From an uncultured Planctomycetota bacterium (GTDB lineage: Bacteria > Planctomycetota > Planctomycetia > Isosphaerales > Isosphaeraceae), in contig CAWJTV010000006.1 in NCBI GenBank assembly GCA_963845755.1, forward strand, positions 64,001-128,000: a stretch of 64,000 nt of DNA, in the 5' to 3' direction. Shown in pieces: positions 53,963-64,000 of the stretch (position 1 is the first letter of the stretch; each line of letters opens with the position of its first letter). The notes under the pieces are model-generated. The model was given only the letters and a program-made list of their open reading frames with translations, was not told the DNA's origin and did not search any database. The translations under genes and the position numbers were made by a program.

Positions 53963-55346
53963 TAACGGCGGCCAGGAACGATCGTTGTCCAGGCCGCTCG
54001 ACCAGGGACTGCGGGCGTCGATCCCCACGAAGACGCCACCAGATTGAGTCTCCCAACGGAGCGACTCACGCACAACGCGGTGGCCACCGTCCGGCAACCC
54101 GGTCGCGCCCACGGATCGCGTCGCCTTCGGCGGCAGCGGTCAGACCGTGGACCCCGATCCGAACCGCCCGGCAGGACGACGAGACAGGTTCGCTTTCGCG
54201 GTGCCGATGTGGTCCCTCGTCGTGGACCGATACGAGCGGTGCCGCCGCCCTGGAGTCCTTCAAGGCCGCCGCCGAGGGGGATCCCCTGGCCGCCAACAGA
54301 CCCGGGGATCTCCGGCCGTCGCGGCAAGGGAGGACTCTGCGCCGGCGGCCCATCGGCGGGCTCGATCGAGATCCTGGACCTGATCGTCCGCGCGTCGCAG
54401 CCGGCCGCCGAAGGCCTGTGTTGAGGCTCGACGTTGACCGGGCGCCGGGATGTCTGCGGGCAAGGTTGCCGAGCCTGCCCGTCAGAACGCAATGGTCCGC
54501 GCTCGGCGAGTCCTGGGACCGCCACGAGCCGTGAAGCCGTAGGTCAGGATCTTCACGCGCTGGTTCGCCGGCGCCGTGAACTAGGCAACGGTCTTGGTCA
54601 CGCCGGCCGCCAGCGCCAGCGACGCGGCGGAGGCGAAGTCGATCTTCCCGAGCGATGCGGACATGAGCTCCCTGCTCCTCGGTACCGAGCGGAATTGCGG
54701 AGGCCGTCGCGGGCCCGTCCGTGGGTCGCGAGTCGCACGTAAGGCCCATCGTCACGGACAGCCACCACGGAGACGAAATCGACCGGGGGGCTAAAAAAGA
54801 GGCCACGACGTCCCGCGCCGCCCCGGAGGACGACGCGAGCCGCATGGCCCATTAGCTCGATTAACGTTAATCTCGCGACCCTACCGCCGCGGGAGCACCT
54901 CGTCGGGTCTCGCGTGTCCGTTGGCCTCGGCCGGCCACCTCGAGCACGCGGACGACGCCCGTCGCCGCCGGCGCGGCTCGCGTTCGTGCGCCGAGCAGTC
55001 GTCCGCCCTGTTCGCCCGCAGTTGCGCCAGCTGTCCGCCGCGAGCAGGGCCAGTCCCAGCTCCCTGAGGATCCGGGTCGAGACGCCGATCCGGGCCTTCC
55101 GGAGCGGCCGGCCGCTCCGCGAGATCGGCATGATCTCGATCTGCGTGCCGCAGTCGTCGAGCACGAAGCCGACGCAAGGTCGGCTGTCGCCATAAGTGCT
55201 CTGACCCTCGAGGACCCGCGTGAGCGTGTTACCCATAGGTGCTCCCTATCGGTGCGGATGGACGCGTCCTTCGCCGCGCCCGGGCGCTACGATAACGGCG
55301 TAATCAAGACGCCGTACACGGATCTATGACGGTTTCGAGTCGGATT

Positions 55347-55703
55347 TCAGCTATTGGCGGTCGAGCTCCGGCTAGCTGGCCCTTCCAGGAGCCGCGGTAG
55401 ATGCTCCAAGACTTCAGCGTCCCGCGTCTTGAAATACTTCTCGGCCCGCTTCTTGTGCCAGTCCTCCTGGAACAGCCCGACGAAGTCCGAGAGGTACTTG
55501 AGCGGATAGAGCCGCGCCTTGACGACCCGGCCGTCCTCGTAGGTGTGGTCATACGTGTCAAAGTCGTTCGGCTCGACCCCCTTCTCCTCGCGAAGCCATC
55601 GGCAGAAGACCTGACCCATCGAGATGTCCGGCACGCACTTCTCTGGAACGACGTAGCCGTTGATCTCCAGCGGCGCGATCAGCCAGCAGTTGATCTCCTG
55701 GAG
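55347..55703 (-). pseudogene. C-terminal half of a BstA-like / KilA-N-associated protein
   Basis: LQEINCWLIAPLE.NGY.VP...VPDISMG..F..WLR...Y.H.YEDGR.V.ARLYP; cut exactly at the RIT end. Confidence 0.7.
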
Positions 55704-55795
55704 CTATGTGGTAAAGATGCTTATGTTGCGCCGGTCCGAGTGACCGCCCGTTCCATCGAACAGGGCATGGATCGAATGCCACAGAAGAGATTTGG

Positions 55796-56242
55796 TCAAA
55801 GCGCCCACGGGACGTTCACCAGTCCCGAGTCCTCCCTCCGTGGCCTCCCGCCGACTTGGCCGTCAACCTCTCGATTGGCCAACGCCTTGGCTTTCATCTT
55901 CAGATCAACCTCCGCATATGCATTCGTCATCGCCGACGACGCCCGGCTGGCGAACCGCAGCCGCGGCAGACGGGTCGGGCGCATCATCGGCGGCCTGGAT
56001 CGCCGGTTGGTCCGGCGATTCGCCTCGGCCTCGATCTCGGCCCTGGTAACGAGTTCGTCGGGCGGGTCGGCTAGGCGGAAGGCTCTGGCGACCACGAGGG
56101 TGTAAATGGCGATGTCCCTCAGCGTCCGGGGCGACACCCGTTGCTCGGCGCAATGAATGAGGTAGCGGAGGCGCTCCTCGGCCAACGGGCCAGGGCGCTG
56201 TCCTGCCAGCGCATCTGGAGACTTGAAGAGTTGCTCGAACAT
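55796..56242 (-). pseudogene. Internally deleted RIT: RitA N-terminus fused to RitC C-terminus
   Basis: MFEQLF..GPLAEERLRYLIHCAEQ (RitA-like) joined to TNAYAEVDLKMKAKALA (RitC-like). Confidence 0.85.
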
Positions 56243-56424
56243 GTCGAAGCTCTTTCGAGAGATGGGACGGGAGGATGGTCCGACTCCAGCTTGGGCTTAC
56301 GTCATCCGTCTATCCCAGTTGAAGGAAATTCGAAGAATCCCGCATGGATTCCGGAAAAGTTCCAAGCGATCGGTCCATGCCTGCACATTACGGGTAGGAC
56401 GTCATCATCGGGAGGCTTGGGCAG

Positions 56425-58039
56425 ATGCCAAGAAGGGTGCACGGTTCGGTCTTGCGGTCGATCCAGACGCTGTTCAGCGTTGGGCCGGTTGGCGGGATGG
56501 TCGATGGCCAGCTCGTGGAGCAGTTCCTCTGCCGGCGGGACGAGGGGGCCGAGGCGGCGTTCACCGCCCTCGTTGGCATCCACGGCCCGATGGTCTGGGA
56601 TGTTTGTTGCGGCATCCTGTCCGACCGCCACGCGGCGGAGGACGCGTTTCAGGCCACCTTCCTAGTCCTGGCACGCCGGGCCGGTTCGATTCGTCGTCGC
56701 GACGCCGTCGGCCCGTGGCTACACGGGGTGGCTCGGCGGATCGCGATACGGGCCAGGTCCGCCGCGGGCCGTCGTCAGCCTCGCGAAGGGAAGGCTGTGG
56801 AGATGATGGCGACACCAAACCCGGACCCGATCCGTCGAGAGCAGGTCGAGGCGCTCCACGAGGAGGTCGATCGCCTGGCGGAGAAATACCGCGCGCCCCT
56901 CTTGCTCTGCTACTTCGAGGGCCGGACACACGTCGAAGCAGCTCGGCTGCTGAAATGCCCGGTCGGTACGGTCAGCTACCGCCTGTCCCGGGCCCGGGAG
57001 CTCTTGCGAGCTCGCCTGACCCGCCGGGGATTGGCCCTGCCCGCTGTCGGGGCGGGCGCGATGCTCCGACCGGAGACCGCGTCGGCAGCCATGCCCATCG
57101 GGCTGGCCGAGGCCACGATCAAGGCCGCGATGAATCTCGCAGCCAGCAAGGCGATGACGGCTGGGATGGTCCCGGCCTCGATAACCCAACTCGTCCAAGG
57201 AGAGATCCTTACCATGACCTTCACCAAGCTAGCGACGGTAGCAGCGGGCCTGGTGGCCACCGGGCTCGTCGCGACGGCCATCGGAGTGTTCGTGGTCGAC
57301 GGGCGGCGCTGCCCCGCTCGTGCAGGGGGCAGCCGCACCGGCGCCATCGGGGGGCGGACAGACGGCCCCGTCCAAGCCCGTGCAGACGACGACTGCGCCG
57401 GCGCGGTCCGATGGCAATGAGAAGGAGGCCCGGGGCAAGAGTAGCCGGAATCTCCTGAGCTTGGGTCTCCCCCTATCCAACTTCGCCCACGACCGGAACC
57501 GGTTCCCTGCTGCAGCGATCCGCGAGGACGGCAAGCCGCTGTTGAGCTGGCGGGTCGCCCTCCTGCCTTACCTGGACGAGCAGGCCCTCTACAAGAAGTT
57601 CCACCTCGACGAGCCCTGGGACAGCCCGCACAACAGGGCGTTGCTCGACCAGATGCCCGCCATCTACACCCCGGTCGCGGGCAAGGAGAAGGGGTCCAAG
57701 CGGTTGACTTACTATCAAGTGTTGGTCGGCCCCGGGGCACTGTTCGCTGGGGGCGATGGGCCGCGGCGCGAAGACATCAAGGATGGGGCGGACCTCACGA
57801 TCATGGTCGTCGAGGGGGCCAAGCCGGTCCCCTGGACCAAGCCCCAAGACATACCCTTCGACAAGGAAAAGCCGTTGCCGGATCTCGGTGGGCTGTTCGA
57901 GGACGGATTCCACGCCCTCATGGCCAGTGGCCGCGTCGTCTTCCTCGCCAAGAACAACAGGCCCGAAGACCTGCGTGCAATCATCACGCCCGATGGCGGC
58001 GAAGCCGTCAATTTGGAGCATCTAGAGTTGCAACCTTGA
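56425..58039 (+). CDS. ECF sigma factor with C-terminal extension/TM, probably fused to a DUF1559-like domain (frameshift near 57310)
   Basis: AEDAFQATFLVL, WLHGVARR, RAPLLLCYFEG, GTV..RLSRARELLR; then LLSWRVALLPYL...FHLDEPWDSPHN, VPWTKP.D. Confidence 0.8.
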
Positions 58040-58168
58040 GCGGCCGGTCCGGCCGGTGATGGTGCGCCGTGGGCTCCTCGGCACACCCCTCCGACACAGG
58101 CCACCCCGGCCTGCCGAGTCTGTCATCCCTGCCGTTCGCCGTCGATGACCCCGATTGGGAGGCTCCCG

Positions 58169-59167
58169 ATGCAAGATTTCCATTCGCCCCGGCACCACCG
58201 GGCCTTCACGCTGATCGAATTGCTCGTCGTTATCCTGATCATCGGCCTGATCACGGCGCTGCTCCTGCCCGCCGTTCAATCGGCCCGGGAAGCGGCGCGC
58301 CGGACCCAGTGCGCCAACAACCTCCGGCAGATCGGCATCGCGCTCCAGAACTACACCTCAGCCTTCAGCGTGTTTCCCCCGGGGTGGGACGCGGCCATCC
58401 CCGCTGGCGCCGAGGACGGCGACAATTTCTATGTCCCGCCGATTTCCTGGGGCTGGGGAGCCCGGCTGCTCGGGTTCCTTGAGCAGAACCCGCTCGCCGA
58501 GGACGTCCGCCGCCTCGGCGACTACTTCGTCTCGGCGTCGTCGTCGACGGTCGCGTCGACCAGGCTGGCGGTCTTCCTCTGCCCCAGCTCCCCGCGGGGC
58601 ACGCCCATCTCTTTTACGATCGAGGATCCGAGCGAGGAGGATGAGCCGTTCCACTTCGTCGTCGCGCCGAGCAATTTCGTCGGCTCCGCCGGCACCAAGG
58701 ACCCCAACTACTTCCCTCGGTCGTGCGGCGGAATCTTCTTCCGCAACAGTAACGTCGCGGAGGCCGGCATCAGCGACGGGATGTCCTCGACGATGATGGT
58801 CGGCGAACGATCGCGCGACCTCTCGGACGCGACCTGGCCCGGCGGGTATTTCGGGAGCAACAACTGCACCGGGCCCTCGTGGCCGGTGCAGTTGTGCGAT
58901 CCCGCCGGAACCTCGTGGATCGTCTCCCACACCGGCCCTGAGCCGGCCACCCCCTACTTGCCGGGTGTCCCGCCCGACCCACGAATCCAGGTCCCCAATG
59001 ATCGCCAGCCGGGCCCGAGCGGCTACCGAAGCCTACACCACGGCGGGTGCAACTTCCTCTTCTGCGACGGATCGGTCCGCTTCGTGAAAGAGACCGTCAG
59101 CCCCCCAACCTTCGCCGCCCTGGCAACCCGGGCCGGGGGCGAGGTGATCGGGGCCGACCAGTACTGA
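58169..59167 (+). CDS. DUF1559 prepilin-type N-methylation / H-X9-DG protein
   Basis: AFTLIELLVV, LLPAVQSAREAARR.QC.NNL.QIG.AL, H.GGCNFLFCDGSVRF. Confidence 0.95.
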   Translation: MQDFHSPRHHRAFTLIELLVVILIIGLITALLLPAVQSAREAARRTQCANNLRQIGIALQNYTSAFSVFPPGWDAAIPAGAEDGDNFYVPPISWGWGARLLGFLEQNPLAEDVRRLGDYFVSASSSTVASTRLAVFLCPSSPRGTPISFTIEDPSEEDEPFHFVVAPSNFVGSAGTKDPNYFPRSCGGIFFRNSNVAEAGISDGMSSTMMVGERSRDLSDATWPGGYFGSNNCTGPSWPVQLCDPAGTSWIVSHTGPEPATPYLPGVPPDPRIQVPNDRQPGPSGYRSLHHGGCNFLFCDGSVRFVKETVSPPTFAALATRAGGEVIGADQY

Positions 59168-59352
59168 CGAGGCTCGCGGGGACACGACGTGGTGGCCCGG
59201 CCGTGACACAGGCGCGCGGGGAGACGACCTGTGTCATCATCCGCCGGGCTGCTCGCCGGCCCTCGTGGCTCGATGGTTATCTGGCCCAACTCCGCCAAGG
59301 CCGGGCGTCATCAATGCGGCCCGTCAAGGGACTGGCGACTGGAGATCCGATC

Positions 59353-59712
59353 ATGGCTGGATCGCTCCCACGATGGGCGTCTATAATCCTCGCCGCCGCC
59401 GCCGTGCTCGTCGGGGTGACCTTCGGGCTCCTGGAGTGGTGGAAATCCCAGCGGCTGGCCGAGGACCACGCCTCTCGTGCCCAGAAGGCGTTGAATGAGA
59501 TGGGCAAGCATTACGCGACTATTCGTTTATGTAAAGAGCAGCTCAAGACGGCGAGGCTCCCCACCGAGAAGGCCCGCTATGAGTCGCTGATCAGGTCTTC
59601 CCGCAGCAGGCTGGTCAAGCTCGAAGAAGCGACCGTTCGCCATGAGCGGCTGGCGCGCTCCTACGGATATAAGGCGCCCTTCAAGCGTCCGGAGTCGGAC
59701 TCCAACCCGTGA
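59353..59712 (+). CDS. Hypothetical membrane-anchored helical protein
   Basis: GGAG RBS; N-terminal TM segment followed by a coiled region. Confidence 0.6.
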   Translation: MAGSLPRWASIILAAAAVLVGVTFGLLEWWKSQRLAEDHASRAQKALNEMGKHYATIRLCKEQLKTARLPTEKARYESLIRSSRSRLVKLEEATVRHERLARSYGYKAPFKRPESDSNP

Positions 59713-59932
59713 CCGAGCGCCGTCTCAAACCACCGGATCCCGCTGATGGGCTGCCTGGCAGCGAGCCTGTGGCGGTGGACGACGGCCCGCACGAGGAAGA
59801 TGGAGCCTGACCGGGCATCGCAGGAGACTTCGACTCGCTCGGCCCATGCCGCCAGATACGATGTGGCCTCCAGAATGGGACGGCGGCCACGATGAAGGAA
59901 GTAGCTGGTCCTATGCTACATAATCGGATGGC

Positions 59933-60944
59933 CTACAATGCCCGCAGGAACTCCATCAAGCCTTTGTCTTCTCGCCAGGGCTTCTGCGGTATTCCTTCTC
60001 CCTGCACCTCGCAACTGGCCAACGCCTTGGCCTTCATCTCCAGATCCACATCCGCGTAGACGTTCGTCGTCGCCAGTGACACGTGCCCCAGCCAGGCGCG
60101 GATGGTATTGATATCCACCCCCGCTCGCAGCAGGTGCGTCGCCGTCGTATAGCGTAGAGTGTGCGGGCTCACCCTCTTTGTGGTCATCGAAGGGACCTTC
60201 TCCGCCGCCCGGGCTGCGTACCGCTCGACCATCGCATGGACGCCGAATCGCGTCAGCGGCTCGCCACGGCGGTTCAGAAAGACGTGCTCCTTCTCGGCGC
60301 TCCCCTGCACCAGCGCCGTCAACTCGCTCACCGTTCGCGCCCACAGCGGGCAGCGCCTGAGCTTGCTCCCCTTACCGCGGATCAGCACCGCCGACGCGTC
60401 CCGCTCCGGCTTCAGCCCCAGTTGCAGGTCACCGATCAACACGTGGGCCGTTTCATCGGCTCGGACACCGCTGTTGTAGAGGAACAGCAGCAGGGCGTGA
60501 TCGCGACGGCCCTGAGCGGTCGTCAGGTCCGGCGCCGCCAGCAGGGCATCCATCTCCGCCTTCCAGGTAGGTGACCAGCGCCTTCGGGGCCTTCTTGAAC
60601 GGCACCGCTCGCACTTGCCCGCACCACTCGACCAGCTCTGGTGCGCGCAGGCCAATGAAGCCGGCCAGGGCGTGGATCGCGGCTAGCCGCTGGTTCCGCG
60701 TGGCGATCGCGCATCCTCGCTGCTCCTCCAGTTCCCCCAGGAACTGACGCACGCGTTCGGCCGACAGGTCGGTCACGGCCAAGCGATCTATCGGTTTGCC
60801 GGTCCGTTGGGCGACGTCCGGGAGCAACAGCCGCAATGCGTCGCGGTAACTCTGCTGGGTATTCCGGGCGAGGTTCCGCTCGCCGACCAGGTGCTCCATC
60901 AGGAACCGGCGAACCCACGGGCTGAGCAAAGGAGCGTCAGGCAT
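59933..60944 (-). CDS. RIT tyrosine recombinase C (frameshift near 60565)
   Basis: NTQQSYRD, TRNQRLAAIH, RDHALLLFLYNSG.R, SPHTLR, WLGH...TTNVY. Confidence 0.9.
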
Positions 60945-61884
60945 GGTCGTCCTCCACGCCGGCGTACCGCTTGAACCGCATCCCGGCTTGCTGCAGCAGG
61001 TCCGGCGTCATGGTGAGGTAGAGCTGTGTAAATCTGATGTGGGCGTGCCCCAAGTAGACCGAGAGGTGATGAAGGAGGCGTTGCACGTCCGCCCCTTGCT
61101 GATACCACCGGATCAGGCGATGAACGGCGAAGCTATGCCGCATGTCGTGCAGTCTTGGCTGGTAGCGGGCGCCATCAGACCGCCGTATCCCCGCAAGGTC
61201 CCTGAGCCGCTCGAACGTCCCGTCCATCGTCTGCACCTGAATCGCGGCCCCACGTTTGCCGAGGAAGAATCGACTCTCCGGGCCAATCCCGGGGTGAGAT
61301 GCCGCTCGCCGCCGAGCATATTCGGTCAGCACGCCAGCCAGTTCGGGCCCGATCGGGACCAGGCGGGACTTGAAGAACTTGATATCCCGGACGGTGACCA
61401 GGGCGTTCGGCAGGTCAACATCCGCTGCGGACAGAGCCAGCGCCTCACCGACGCGCAGGCCTGCCCCGTAGAGCAACAGCAGGATCGCCCGAAGGGTGTC
61501 CGGCTCAATCAGAGTGCGGTAGTCCTGCGATGACCGGATCGCATCCAGCAACCGCCGGATCTCGCCTCGGGTGTAGATATACGGCACGAATGGCAGCGGG
61601 GGCTTCGGGAGGATCTTAGGCATCGGGGCCTCAGTGAGATGCCCGCGGCTGACAGCGAAGCGGAAGAACCCATTGAGCGCTCGGTACTTGGGGAACCACC
61701 CGCTCGTGACTGGACTGCCGCTATCCAGGAATGCAGACACAAACTCGGCACCGATGTGGGCGGCGGGTGTCTGTGGCCCGACCGCCCGGCAGAACGAGCG
61801 GAGGATGCTCTCGTTTGTCTTGAACTTCTCACCGAGTGTCCGGCGGAAGGCGACGTAGTGGGTGACCAGTTCATCGACGTTCAA
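60937..61884 (-). CDS. RIT tyrosine recombinase B
   Basis: PYIYT, LLYGAGLRVGEAL, KFFKSRLVP, PRLHDMRHSFAV, LSVYLGH...Y. Confidence 0.92.
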   Translation of the reverse strand: MNVDELVTHYVAFRRTLGEKFKTNESILRSFCRAVGPQTPAAHIGAEFVSAFLDSGSPVTSGWFPKYRALNGFFRFAVSRGHLTEAPMPKILPKPPLPFVPYIYTRGEIRRLLDAIRSSQDYRTLIEPDTLRAILLLLYGAGLRVGEALALSAADVDLPNALVTVRDIKFFKSRLVPIGPELAGVLTEYARRRAASHPGIGPESRFFLGKRGAAIQVQTMDGTFERLRDLAGIRRSDGARYQPRLHDMRHSFAVHRLIRWYQQGADVQRLLHHLSVYLGHAHIRFTQLYLTMTPDLLQQAGMRFKRYAGVEDDHA

Positions 61885-63134
61885 AGCAAGCCCTCCAGAT
61901 AGAAATCCCCGACGGCTCGCAGTGCGGCCAGATCGACCTTGGCGTAGAGGCGGGTCGTTTCGGGGTCCATAGGCCCGAGATGATCGCCGATCTCCTTCAC
62001 GGACAGCCCCTGCTCCAGCAAATGGGTGGCGCAGGAGTGGCGAAGAGCATGCGGGCCATAGTGCGGCAACGTCACGCCCAAGGCGCGTAACCGCTGCCTG
62101 ACCACGTGGCCCAGGAGGCAGCAGCTCAAAGGCCCGAACGGCGCTCGCAGGTTGAGAAACACCTCCCGACGGGCTGACATGGGCGCACCTCCCGCAGGTA
62201 GCGCAGGACGGCGTCGCCGACCGCTCGGCACAAGGGGAAACTCTGCGGCCGTTGTCGTTTGCCGTGCGCGACGGTGAGCTCCTCTCGCTCCCAGTCGAAG
62301 TCCTCCAGACGCAGTTCGACGACCTCCCCGGCGCGGAGGCCGTAGACGGCCAGCAGCATCAGCACAGCGTGGGCGCGGATATCGGCGGGCCGGTCCCCTC
62401 GCGCTGCCACGAGCAGCCTCTTTACGGCCTCCCAGGAGGGGCCGACCGCGATCGACTCATGGCGGAATACCCGCGGAGCCACGAGGGCCGCCGCCAGCCC
62501 CGGGCGGCACCACGCACACGCTTCCGCGTACCGGAAGAAAGCGCGGAGCCGAGCGACATGGCCCCGGACAGTAATGCGCACGTAGCCTCTCTCGCGGATC
62601 TGCCGAGACAGGATGTCGTCAACCTGGGCGATCGTCAGCGTATCGAGGCGCCGACCGGACTCATCGACCCGAGCCAAGAACTCACAGACCGTACGGCAAC
62701 GGATCTCGATGGTCCGAGGTGATAAACCGCGTTCCTGACGCATGTAGTTGGCGAATCGCGTGATCTGCTCGGCGTATGGCTGAGGGGCTGTGATCATTGG
62801 CCGAAGCCGGCCGAGGAAGGAGAGCCATCGCGTGGCGTAACGGGTGAATCGGCGCCACGCGGAACTCACGGTCGTCAACGCGCGTTGAGGAGAACGGCGG
62901 CTCGCCCAGCGATCTGCTGCGGCCTTGATCTCTTCGCGTGTGATAAGTTCACCAGACCGCTCGGCCAGGCGCAGGGCGTTGGCGGCGGCAAGGGTGCAGT
63001 GGGCAATCTCCAGCAACGTCTTGTGTGCCATTCGCTGTTCGGCACAGTGAACGAGGTAGCACCGACGTTCCTCAGCCAGCGGGCCGTCCCGCTGTCGAGA
63101 AAGGGCGCGCGTCCGGGAACAATTGATCGAACAC
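61881..63134 (-). CDS. RIT tyrosine recombinase A (frameshifts near 63100 and 62175)
   Basis: GTG start MFDQLF; LLAVYGLRAGEV, GPHALRHSCATHLL, IGDHLG...YAKVDL. Confidence 0.88.
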
Positions 63135-63734
63135 AGTTGAACCTCCGGGCAAGTGGATTAGGCGCCCTGTTCAACTCTAGCCTGGATTCCCATGGAGGCA
63201 GATTGGGCTAACATTTGTTGCCGCATGATTGGAAAAAAGCCCGCGATACTCAGCTTTTCGCCTCGGAACTGGTTATGCTCCTCCAAGAGTTAAAGGTGGG
63301 TCTCCCACTAAGTTAACTTGATCACCATGGATGATATGTTCGTCGATCGAATCTCACTTCCTCCTGGAAAACAAGGGGTTCTTGCGACAAATCTATCGAA
63401 TTCACCACAGTGGATGCATTGAGATGACACCGTGGATGCTCTTTTTTCAGTTTACGGATCACCTAACATCGAGAGAGGCGTTTCGATGAGCCGTTTCAAG
63501 CCAGAACCACTTGAAATCCAGGGGAAAACCCACTTCGACGAATTTTGCTTCGTTTATGGATTGCGTCGTAGCCTACCCCGTTTTTGCCTCCATGGGAATC
63601 CAGGCTAGGTCGGAAATGATTATGGGGCGTTCATCTTGCCAACCGTGCGTGAATCCCAGTCAACCAACACTTCACGGCCGCATAACCGACTACGCCACAT
63701 AACACCCGTAATGTGGTAGACCACATTAAGGATG

Positions 63735-64000
63735 GATCGAGAAGTACCCCAACGGAACCTGGTCGAAATTCGCCAGATGCCGTCGCATGTGATACGGCAG
63801 CGCCGCCTGTCTCGCCGCGGCCGCGGCGCAGGATCCTGGCCGCCGCCGTCATCGCGAGACGGCACTGGCGGTAGATCTCGAAGATAGGGCGAAGCTTCCG
63901 GGCGGCGAAGAATTCGAAACACCGGATCGAGAGGTGGATCTCGTCCTTCGGCCGGCCGACCTGGGACCGCCTGGAGTTTTCCACATTCCTGTTGAAAATG
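63735..64000 (-). pseudogene. N-terminal part of the BstA-like gene (antirepressor-like segment; continues beyond window)
   Basis: ..GRPKDEIHLSIRCFEFFAARKLRPIFEIYRQ.. then, after a frameshift, AALPYHMRRHLANFDQVPLGYFSI, which continues as LQEI at 55703. Confidence 0.7.

Larger units (their letters stand above)
55704..63734 (-). mobile_element. Composite RIT-bounded insertion (mini-RIT + cargo + full RIT)
   Basis: Inverted 83-bp three-box ends at 55704-55786 and 63620-63702; flanks rejoin into one reading frame. Confidence 0.8.

Noticed and set aside
56384..56395. CACATTACGGGT matching the reverse complement of 63704-63715, as the other end of the mini-RIT
   Set aside because: Lacks the second box 17 bp away and lies in the ECF upstream region; a 12-bp match may be chance
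1..64000. tRNA, rRNA or riboswitch genes
   Set aside because: No recognisable cloverleaf or rRNA signature by eye; a covariance search would be needed to exclude them

Overview
High-GC window that looks like a planctomycete (Isosphaeraceae-like): it has DUF1559 prepilin-type proteins, an extended ECF sigma factor and 'LEDR/LEGR' extracellular signals. 1-18.7 kb: a general-stress/membrane gene cluster in which most genes have a sigma54-type GG-N10-GC promoter motif. It also holds a nested repeat in which an IS4 element and its MITE each inserted at the identical position of two inverted REP hairpins. 19.4-25.8 kb: three divergent, co-oriented homologous ORFs (about 515-595 aa) with Rep_trans-like catalytic motifs and a C-terminal wHTH. 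Each is followed by two hairpins, CTAG/CTAA marks most of the boundaries, and no TIRs are visible. This is the best candidate for an undescribed rolling-circle-type mobile element family; an IS5 sits in the last hairpin. 26-37.5 kb: two giant surface proteins with frameshifts. 37.5-55.7 kb: a gene-poor, decayed mobile region (SDR, RecQ, DUF3102, a divergent Rep_1-like protein, ISAzo13). 55.7-63.7 kb: an 8-kb composite bounded by inverted RIT ends (deleted mini-RIT, ECF/DUF1559 cargo, full RIT trio). It splits a BstA-like gene whose two halves rejoin in frame. Many frameshifts may be assembly errors. No rRNA, tRNA or CRISPR array was seen. All family assignments come from motif recognition by eye; no searches were run.
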